Both the position numbers and the translations under genes were made by a program. Positions 49,545 to 58,697 of a DNA stretch of 64,000 nucleotides are shown here, piece after piece (position 1 is the first letter of the stretch; each line of letters opens with the position of its first letter). The notes below the pieces were generated by a model. The model was not told the DNA's origin and did not search any database. It saw only the letters and a program-made list of their open reading frames with translations. This DNA is from Phyllosticta citribraziliensis (Eukaryota). Location of the stretch: assembly GCF_038025025.1 (NCBI RefSeq), contig NW_027117339.1, forward strand, positions 2,604,001-2,668,000. The letters run 5' to 3'.

Positions 49545-52420
49545 GGTGTGTGCGCCGGGGCGCGTGAACGAGGGGGCGCCGGGGCGCGAGAGCGAGGGCG
49601 CGGGAGCGCGAACGAAATGGCTTGCAGCAGAGCTGCAAACCAGGAAGACGGGTGACGCGAAGGTGGCGTCAAGGGGGGGGAGGGTCGGAGGTGGTGGAGA
49701 GGAGAGGAAGAGAGAGGAGAGTTGAATTCGAAAGACTGACTGAGGGTTGTGGGCGCAAGCGGCGCCATTCCCAATCGGGACGACCACCTGCCCGGAGGCA
49801 GGTGCGGGTTCCCGTCGGCCAAACAGTCCAGCGGTACTCCTGGAAAACACCACACGAGACTGCCGTCTGCTCAGGTCAAAACAACATCCACGCTGGATAC
49901 ACCAAACACTGGCAGAGGCTGCAACTCTTTCTACCCGAAATTCCCTCCAATCGATACAGTGAGTGTACAGGTAAGAAAGCTCCATTTCCTCATCTGCTGT
50001 ACTGAATTAATGCTCCCTGGACACGGCTGTGGTGCAACGAAAGCTTCCTGGCCTCGACCGTGGGTGGCGGTGGATGGACGCTCCCAGGCCACAGCCGCGG
50101 CGCTGAATGGATTCTACATGGAAGCAGTCATGGCCAAATGGCGGCTCTCTGGCTCGAGGCGCCCATCTTCGAGATGACAGCAGAAAGGCATTCTTTGCTA
50201 CTGGTATCCGACCTTTCCTTTGCCCGAAAAGATGGCTAACGGGATCGGTCCACAGGCCCTGGTTGCCCGTCAGTATTTCGTGATTCCCGCTCGGAAACGC
50301 CCCATCACATTTCCGACCGTTCAGTTCCACCTATTTGCGCTTCATGCTCCTCTTCAGGCATTCGAGGGATATTTTGACAATGACATGAGAGGAATAGAAG
50401 GCTAGAGGCAAGCCGATGGACAAAGAAGGAAGGGAAAGCTATTTGCTGGACAAAGCGATGAAACCAGCCCGCACATATGCCTCTGATTGCCCATCGGTGG
50501 TTTGCGTGCTGGGGAGCCACCTACCACATTTCCATCTCTTCAACCCTACCTTGCACTCATGTACATCTTCATCAAGCAAGCCAGACCATCAAAGGATGGT
50601 ATGCCAAGAACCTGAGTGGCAAGTAGGGCGAGCGACGAGCCGACAATTGAACGAGGAAAGGTAAGTTGTTTGCTCCCACACACGCCTAGCATGGCTTCGG
50701 CATTACTCGCCAATCCAATTTTATCCGCTTTCTTTTTATGAGATGATTGGGCGAAAAGGTAGCTTTCATTGCGATGATGGTGCTGCTCAAACGGGAACGT
50801 TTGGGCAACTTGATGATGTCTATCTAGGCGGTGAGCGCGTATGCATTCCGCCCCGCCGATGCTTGTCTGATATTACGGTACGCTCCCTTGCTCTCTCCCG
50901 GACTTCCGTCGGATGCTGCCAAGGAACGTCTGCCCCTACATGTTGTCGATTAGTTAATCCAAACCCATCATGTCGACGTGCAAGGAATCATCTTCCCGTT
51001 GGAAAAGTGAATCGGCTGGTCCGTGCTTGCGTCTTCATCGCCTCAGCTGCAAAGAACGACTCGCAAGCAGAGCGCCTGCAGACTGTGCTCTGGCCACCAC
51101 ACCACCACCGGGTTTCCGACCACTTTGTCCATGGCGAGCACTGCGGGATACTCAGTAGCGGAGTTGGGAGGTCTGCAGATAAGCCTCGGGGTCAGTTGTC
51201 TCGTGGTCGGTCGCTGGGACCAATTGCTGCCGAATATGAATGTATCCCTCCCATCTTGTTCCAGACCACGACCCACTAATGGATGACATATAGCCGATGA
51301 ACTGACTTGAAGCCCAGCCCCCATCCAGCAAGCGCCGTCACCAGAAGCCAGGTCGAACGGGCCTCATGACTGGATGCGACTCCAAGCCTGCCATATGTAC
51401 CGAGAAGCATAGGAAAATTGTGCCGTCGTGGGTGTGTTTCTCTGGAACATGAAGGTACATTGACTTGTAGGGGATCTTCGCATTTCTACTGCGCCACTGG
51501 TAAGCCAATGAAAAAAAGCGATTGAACGACAGCAGGTCTCTGCGCGCCTGGGAACTTGTCTTGCCCAAGCGCCAGGAGAATCGCCGCGCATCTTACCAAA
51601 CGAAATGCCTGCACGCTGCCATCAGTAGAATCCAAGGCCACGCTTCGCAGAAGTCCCTTTTCATGTTTCAAACCTCATGCGCGCTCTTTGGACTCAGATT
51701 CTCAAGCCCGGGACCATGAAGAGAGTCCACTACCTTTCCACCTCACGGTATGTAGACGAAGTTTTGTCCTAAGGCCCAAGACGTGGGTGGTCGATCGTTC
51801 TGCTTCCAGTCAAATACTCGATGTCTTCCATCAGCCTCTCCGCGACCCTTCCATCGGATCCCTGGACCCTTCAACTTCGATGTGTCCTACGGTTCTTCGC
51901 GCCAAGTCTTGCCGAGATCGACACGCCAGAGCAGGCGTCTTCGCAAGAGCAAGTTGTCCGCCAGCGACAGGAATCCCAGGATTGGCAATGTCTCGAGATG
52001 CCATCGTATGACGGACGCATTTGAAATCGGAATGCGGGAGCTGTTCGATTCATGGGAGCACGCCGTCCGTGAGTTGAATTTTGGTGGAACTAGCGATTGA
52101 AATCGCGACGCAGACGGCAAGAAGTGTCGCCGTGTCTGCTGGCGAACAGTTTCCAAGGAAAGAAAGAGTCGAGCTGACAGACCGGGATGCGATTGCATGC
52201 GCCGGATCGAAAGTCGAGCCGACTTGGGAAGGCCCCCTGAGAACAGAGTCAAGAAACTCCATGGGCGCGATGCTTCTATTCTTTTCCTCTTTGCACCTCT
52301 CACTACGTTCTGGAAATCGTCAAGGCATTCGTGTCTTGCGCGAGACATCCAGAGCAGTGAAGAGGTAAATTCCATCGTTTCGTTATTTTCCGCCCTCTCG
52401 CCCTCTCGTTCTCCTTGCCG

Positions 52421-52598
52421 CTCTCCGCCCGGTTTCGCGCACCGTTAAGCGCTCTCCCCAGACGCAACCTTTGTTGCGGTTACCACTCCTACGGAGTGGG
52501 GCAATACTAGGTTCGCCTAGTATTTGCTTAACTGTCGGTGACTCTTCATAGAGTTCACCTTAAGACATCATCTCCAATGGACTCGTCCATTGCCCCCC
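52421..52598 (+). ncRNA. Structured 5' leader, copy 2 (upstream of and overlapping the GIY-YIG gene start)
   Basis: GTTAAGC..GCTTAAC encloses CGCAAC/GTTGCG, CCACTCC/GGAGTGG and AATACTAGG-TTCG-CCTAGTATT. This is followed by TGTC-GGTG-ACTCT-TCAT-AGAGT-T-CACC-TTAA-GACA, ending 10 nt before ATG 52577. Confidence 0.75.
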
Positions 52599-55015
52599 GC
52601 CGTGAGAACGGCTCTGGTAGGAAGACCTACCCTGAGCAAGCCGCAAGGCCTGCCAAGAGGGTGAGGTCGTCGTCGGCGAACAAGGAGAACGACGACGAAG
52701 ACTACCTCTACGTGGCTGACGGCGATGCCGACTACCACTTTGAACTTCGCGAGGACGTCCAGCCGAGGCGGTCCTCGAGGATCGCTGCTCAACCCCTGAC
52801 CTTGAAAAGTCCGAACCAGAGGCTTTCTCGTCCTTTCAGGGTGCCCTCGAGGTTGGCTGCTCCCGGTCCGGCGCTGTCGACTCCGTCGCGTCCTCCCACG
52901 CCGCGTCCCGCTCCCACCTGGCATTCGGCTGTTCCCACGCCGGCTCCTTCGGCTTCGTCGAATGCTCCTGCTCCGTCGGCCGACAACTTGATTCGGCAAT
53001 CAGAGGACGACGACGACGACGACGAGCCTCCCAGGAGGCCGTGGGGCAGGACGAGTGTCTTCCTCGAGATGGACGAAGACAAGGACGAGGAAGACGAGTC
53101 TCCGAGGAGGCCTTCGAGGGCGGGCCGAAAGCGTCTCATCATTGACATTGTTGGTGAGCAAGAGCAAGGCATGCCCGCAGAGGCCGGAGACCCCGTCGGG
53201 AACGATGGACTTCCCGAGGACGATGGACCTGCCGAGGACAATCGACCTGCCGAGGACAACGAGCCCGACTGGTTTGCCATGGTGGAGCAGGACCAGGAAG
53301 CTCACGGCGCTGTGGATGACGACAACGACGATGTCGAGCCTGAGGAAGACGACGACGAGAACGACAGCGACGGCGACATCGACGACGTCGACCAATCCAA
53401 CGTCGGAGATGGCGACGATGAAGAGGACAATGATGCCTTCGCACTGTCCCCTGCTGTTCGTCGCCAAAGGGCAAATTTCGTCCGCAGAATGGAGAATCTC
53501 AAGATCAACATCGGTGAGCCCGCTGAACAAGGAGTATCATACACTGACATTCTGCAGAAGAGGGCACACCTCCACTATTCACTGTCCATCGAAGCCTCAA
53601 CTCTGAAGCAAATCATCATGCGTCCTGAAAACGGCGACGGTCCAGTTGGTGCAACAAGATTTTTCATGTCATTTCTTCGGTACGTCAATGTTGACCACCT
53701 GGTTGACCATTTGGTGGGACAGCTTCCGGATGCTTCGGTCAACGTCCTCGGAGACGGAAATGGGCTTACGGCACAGAAGATCATGGACCTGCCTCGTCTG
53801 CCAAATGAGGAGATGTGCTTGACTGGGGTTTACCTCGGGCTTATCGAAGAGGACGGTCTCTACACTGGCTCCGCTCGTTCTGACTTTGGTTTCCTCTCAC
53901 GATTCTGCCAGTATGACCGAATCGCCAAGGGTGGCCTGAAAGCAGCACTGCCTTTTGAAAGAGCCATCGCAGGGCACAGCGACAACGTCAACATCCGCGC
54001 CCTGTATGCATCACCGGTGGCGTCCACTCCGGCCATATACACGCTGTGCTACGAGACTTTGATCATGATTCTCGTGGACTCTGTGATGCCCATCTCCGAG
54101 AATATCAAATTTCTGCCAAGTCTCCATGGAGAATGGTACAAAGAGGCGGTGGGCGCTATTCGTGAACTGTTTCGCCCCTCCCCATTTCAAGGCCATGGCT
54201 TGAATCGAGTTTGGTCAATAGCGCAGTCTGTGCCCAGACAGTCCATACGCTACCTTCAGAACACGACGTGCAACAACTGCCACGTGTTGTGGACGCCAGA
54301 GACAAGACACAGCTGGGTCGACGGCCAGGTCCTCTTTGCCTGGAGATGCGCCGCTTGTGAGTTCTACCTCTGGAAAAGAGGCGTTCCCCGGCCAGTGAAG
54401 TTTCAGGTCAGAAAGCAGAGACTGGCAAGAGCAAGAGCGGCAAAACTCGACGACGTGTGTCCGAGCTGTACGGGTACCTTCGATCATTGGAACCTCGTCC
54501 GTTTCCAAGAGGAAGACTTTTTGGTTTGCGACAAGTGCAAAGGATTCATCAACCAAAAGAATCGATTCATGCGGCCGGACGATCATCGTTATGGCGACTA
54601 CAAGTACCCTGACAAACCAGAGGATGGACTTTGTGTCAGCTGTCTTGTGCAGCCCTGCAGGACAATCGTCAAAATCTCTGGGATAGAGCATTGGGTGTGT
54701 GGCGCCTGTTTCAGTTTTCGTGATCGAAACCAGCGCCTGAAGGTGGCGACAGACCCCGGCCATAGGGACTACGGTCAAATTCCCGCCAGTGGTGAGTGCC
54801 CCAGTTGCTTGAAAATCTTCTCACATGACAAGGAAAGATGGAGCTCGGTGGACAAGGACGGCTTCAAAGTCAAGGTCTGTGGCAACTGTTATCAATTTAC
54901 AAGGAGTAATCAAGGGCGATTCAAGACAGCTGCCAACAGGGGCCACAGAGATTGGGTGGCCCAGTGGCCCAAGAATGATCGCTATGTTCCAGTCAGTCAA
55001 CTGCGACAGTCTTGA
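52577..55015 (+). CDS. Putative GIY-YIG endonuclease with a disordered acidic N-terminus and four C-terminal GATA-like Cys4 zinc fingers; intronless, 812 aa
   Basis: GVY-x9-YTGS, downstream Arg (FLSRF..Y), Glu (CYETLI) and GLN appear in GIY-YIG order. Fingers are CNNC-x22-CAAC..RGVPRP, CPSC-x19-CDKC, CVSC-x18-CGAC and CPSC-x23-CGNC. Confidence 0.72.
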   Translation: MDSSIAPRRENGSGRKTYPEQAARPAKRVRSSSANKENDDEDYLYVADGDADYHFELREDVQPRRSSRIAAQPLTLKSPNQRLSRPFRVPSRLAAPGPALSTPSRPPTPRPAPTWHSAVPTPAPSASSNAPAPSADNLIRQSEDDDDDDEPPRRPWGRTSVFLEMDEDKDEEDESPRRPSRAGRKRLIIDIVGEQEQGMPAEAGDPVGNDGLPEDDGPAEDNRPAEDNEPDWFAMVEQDQEAHGAVDDDNDDVEPEEDDDENDSDGDIDDVDQSNVGDGDDEEDNDAFALSPAVRRQRANFVRRMENLKINIGEPAEQGVSYTDILQKRAHLHYSLSIEASTLKQIIMRPENGDGPVGATRFFMSFLRYVNVDHLVDHLVGQLPDASVNVLGDGNGLTAQKIMDLPRLPNEEMCLTGVYLGLIEEDGLYTGSARSDFGFLSRFCQYDRIAKGGLKAALPFERAIAGHSDNVNIRALYASPVASTPAIYTLCYETLIMILVDSVMPISENIKFLPSLHGEWYKEAVGAIRELFRPSPFQGHGLNRVWSIAQSVPRQSIRYLQNTTCNNCHVLWTPETRHSWVDGQVLFAWRCAACEFYLWKRGVPRPVKFQVRKQRLARARAAKLDDVCPSCTGTFDHWNLVRFQEEDFLVCDKCKGFINQKNRFMRPDDHRYGDYKYPDKPEDGLCVSCLVQPCRTIVKISGIEHWVCGACFSFRDRNQRLKVATDPGHRDYGQIPASGECPSCLKIFSHDKERWSSVDKDGFKVKVCGNCYQFTRSNQGRFKTAANRGHRDWVAQWPKNDRYVPVSQLRQS

Positions 55016-56299
55016 AGCTCGCGATGTCCATGTAGTGCGGAAAATATGAGATTGGTTTTATTCTATATTCAGGAATGAAAATGTGATCTTCTTTGTTCCT
55101 TGACTCGTGTTGCAATATGCCCAAATGTGCGAGTTTTCAGAGACGAGACCTGATATTTGTAGTTAAAAGGGATTGGTGTGGGACACAGAGGTTTCTGAAG
55201 AGATGGACCGAATCGCTGGCGTAAGCAGCCTGTACGCTATCACTGATGTTCTTCCCCTTTGATTCCCACCTCTACCTTGTTTTACCCGCGCGAGCAAGCG
55301 ACAAGAGATACTAGGAACCCCCAGGCTTTTGCGTGGCCAAGGAAGGTATGATGGAAGAAAGCGGGATAATGGATCCTCCCGAATCACCGCCCGAGACACC
55401 ACAGACAGGTACCTCAATGTTTGCTGTCACGCTCTTGCGAAGGGGCCTCAACGATCTTTCTGCTGTTCATGTTCCTTGTCTAGACACCCATCTACTTGGT
55501 CGATCAATCGGCCGATTTCATTTGAGAAATTTCGTAGAAGTATTTGTGGCCATATTGATTACTTGAATGGAATCACTTGAAAGTTTGCTGGCCGTACTCT
55601 ACCGTACCATGCCCTGGTAACACAGCCACTGCCTTGGGGCAACGGCGATGGACGAGATGATGGACCCAGTGAACGAAGCGGGCGGATGAGGAGGAAAACG
55701 TGGGAAAGGTCGTGGCAACCTCGCATTCAAGGTGGTCAGACTCGACGAGTTCGGGGTAGCTGTCGAAAAATGATTGACCCATCCTAGCGCTTGCCGTGGA
55801 TGTACGGTCAGACTTGGAGGGGTCAGGGGGTGTCATTGAAAGAGGCAGTATAGCTGGAGCTCGTCATTCTCGGCCAGTCTTCTTGTTAGTGGAGCTTCTG
55901 ACCGATGGACCAACGCTAGATGCACCCGGCTCACGACCCCAAGCCAAATAAGTTGACTGAAGGTTTTAGTAAATCAATCAGCACATCAATCAGCACATCA
56001 AGCAGTGGACCAAGCAGCCATTGACGTGGTCATAGAAGCTGCTTTCCAGGCAGCAAACGAAGGGGTCAAGGTATAAAGAGCGGCTGCAGCGGCAATGGCA
56101 GAAGTGGAAATAAAGTAGTAGATTCCAAGCACGGTGAGCCGCGGATTGCCTCCTATTCTGAGAGATGTAGATATATTTTACTCCAGACTATAGACGTAAC
56201 ATCTTATCCTCCACCGCTTGCCTTTGGTCATGAAGTGACTTTTTTGGAGATCCTCGTCTTGGGAGTTTCGCCTCGCGGAGCCATTCCTATTTTTGAACT

Positions 56300-56840
56300 C
56301 CTCTCATGGACTTCGGTCCTACCACTTCCTTCGCGTCGTGGGGCGATTTCATCATCGCTTTATAGCCGCTGGCCTTCCAGTTAGGGTCGGCTTTGACATC
56401 ACTTTGGATTTCGGTCCCACCACTTCCTCCGGGTCGTGGGGCGATTCCCTTCGAAGTTGCTTTGTTCTTTGGCACCCCATTTCGGGGCGACCATCCTCTC
56501 TCTCTCTCGCTTCATGAACTTCGGTCCTACGAAGTAGCGGTGGCGTCGTCAACAGCGTTTCACCTACTACATTTTCTCTTCACCACTGCCTACGGGTCGT
56601 GAAGCGATCTCCCAGGTCCTGCCTAGAGATCGTCTGTAAAGCCGGTGGCTCTTCATAGAGTTTTACCTTTTACATCAATTTTTTTCATGGGCTTCGGTCC
56701 TACACTTCTTACGGGAGGAAGGCGATTTTTTAATCGCTTTGACAGTCGCTGACCCTCCAGTAGGAGTCGGCTTTCAACACAACTCTGGAGTTCGGTCCTA
56801 CCACTTCCTTCAGGTCGTGGGGCGATTTCCTCGGAGGTCA
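56300..56840 (+). repeat. Degenerate array of a ~38-bp unit TTCGGTCCTACCACTTCCT..GGTCGTGGGGCGATT, ~100-bp period
   Basis: Copies at 56312, 56410, 56520 (5' part only), 56581 (3' part), 56693 and 56791. Block 56304-56450 is duplicated at 56685-56830. Confidence 0.88.
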
Positions 56841-56972
56841 TTTTTTGGGGGCGGTGGAGGGGAATCACTTGATGGGTTCGGGTTTAGCCATCCCTTACAA
56901 AATCGGCACTTTACTCCCTTTTTCCTCTTTTTCTCTCTCTTCCCCCCTTCTACAAACCCGCACTCAAACAAA

Positions 56973-57674
56973 ATGGTCAAGAAATGGTCATTGACAAGCT
57001 ATTCGGCCTCGGCCAGCGGTGTGCTTCCTGCCGACCTGACCTGCACGCCAGCATTCCTCCGAAACATCGCCAGGAACTCACGGCCAATTCGCGGAGTCCA
57101 ACACTAGAGACGACTCGAAACGTCTACCGAGGAGAGAGATGGCGAAAGCTTCACGGGATGGATGCGGAGAACGAGAGAGGTCTCACGGAGCAGTCGCCAC
57201 GATCTTCGGGCTCTTCGAGAACGGGGGGATTCTCGGCCCAGGAGAAGGGCGGAGAGGGGGAACTTGTTGGTAAAAGAGACCCGAGGTCAGCCTGATCCCG
57301 CTCCAGCTTTGGACGCAAATGATGTTAAATCAAAAGTCTTCAGCATGGAAACCTATCCCAACCTGCCGCAGGTGTACGCGTACAAAAGCCGCGATAGCCA
57401 GACGTTGGTCGCACCCGGTCACCTCGAACTAGCGGGGTCGTCTCCATCTTACCGCTCCTCTACGACATACGCTTCACCGACATCCGAAAACAATCTGCTC
57501 GCCAAGCGGAGTGCGGTGCTCAGGCTCAGCACAAGAATGGTGTTTGGCCAGTTGGTGTTGTCCTTGAATATCAACTTGGGCTTCGAGCTCCATTCGCAGT
57601 GGGTGCATCTCGACATTCGCGTCGGCTCAGACTCTGGGTACTGGGACTCTGATGACGGATCAGAGATGGTTTGA
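56973..57674 (+). pseudogene. Possible interrupted ORF (single in-frame TAG at 57105-57107)
   Basis: CT-rich leader and CAAACAAAATGG start. The frame stays open after the TAG and is in frame with ORF 57162-57674. No recognisable domain. Confidence 0.3.
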
Positions 57675-58697
57675 TGGTAGACTGGTGTGCTGGTGGTGCA
57701 GGGTGTACGTTCTGGCTTTTCCAATGTTTCCTGGGGTCTGTGTCTTGTTTTGTCGGCGTTGGGGTTTAGACTGCTGCTGGCGCCACTTTGCGGGCGGGGC
57801 GTTCGCTCTTAGATAGCTGAGACGTCAGATCCGACGAGAGAATCGAACGCTTTCCAACGTTGACTGCTTCTTCGCGCACTACCATCACCACCTGTACGAT
57901 GAGCAACAAAAGCGCCTCCACACTGGTCCCTAGGAATGTCAGGCCAGGCCGACAGGCATTCTTCTTCCACATCCTGCCAAGGCAGAAGCGTGAATGAAAA
58001 AGTAGAGGGACCGCTTATGCAGCGGTCTTTTTGTTCCAAAAATTGCGCCCCCAGCTGTTGAAGAAAGAGGAAAGAAGAGAGGGAAGGCGGAGGTGGAAAC
58101 AGCGTGGAAGGCGAAGGGAGGGAAGCCATGAGGCCAAGGTGCCGATTTTGGTGGGAGAGCTGAACCCGAAGAGAAAATTTAGACCATTGAAATGGCCTGC
58201 CGTGGAGAAGTCAAGTGGAGAGCTGGATGGAGAGCTTTTATAGACAGCCCCCAGGCGACTTGGTTGCGCCTGCGCTAACCTTGGTCAGGCAGCTGGCCGG
58301 CTCAACCGGTTTCGACTTTGTCAAGTCTGATGGATGAGAGAGGCCAAAGGTCTAGGTAAGGTACATAGGTAGGAATTGTACCGGTAGGTCGGACCGGGAG
58401 GGGGCGCACAGATGCACGGGCCTGCGCACTACGCCCGATTAGGCAATATCTCGAACCTCAACACCACTTCGATAGTCTGTACGTCTGTGCCTGCGCGGCG
58501 TCCAAGCAAGTATACTGCGTGTAGAAGCATTGGTTTACACCCTATTGAGCTCAAAAACACTGTAATAGCTAGCTTATTGGCTGTATTCCAAAGCCAATTC
58601 GAAAATATGCATTTGCTGTCTGAACGAAGCTCCCCCTTGACCCCCTTTACATCTAAACACCAAGCCACTCTCGAGAACTTTCTCCTGGGCTTTGAAT

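Noticed and set aside
49620..52370. Coding genes or a transposase in the spacer between the inverted leaders
   Set aside because: Only short ORFs with no domain motifs or codon bias; treated as a promoter/non-coding spacer.
52577..55015. Penelope-like retroelement or group I intron homing endonuclease
   Set aside because: No reverse transcriptase motifs in the island, no hammerhead core (CUGANGA..GAAA) in the leader, and no complete group I P7 pairing (GACUG is not matched by CAGUC after AAGACA).
56300..56840. True CRISPR array
   Set aside because: Eukaryotic context, no cas genes, degenerate repeats, irregular period, and spacers 56351-56409 and 56732-56790 are homologous to each other.
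43600..58500. Terminal inverted repeats or target-site duplication at the island borders
   Set aside because: None found by eye; the island boundaries are therefore approximate.
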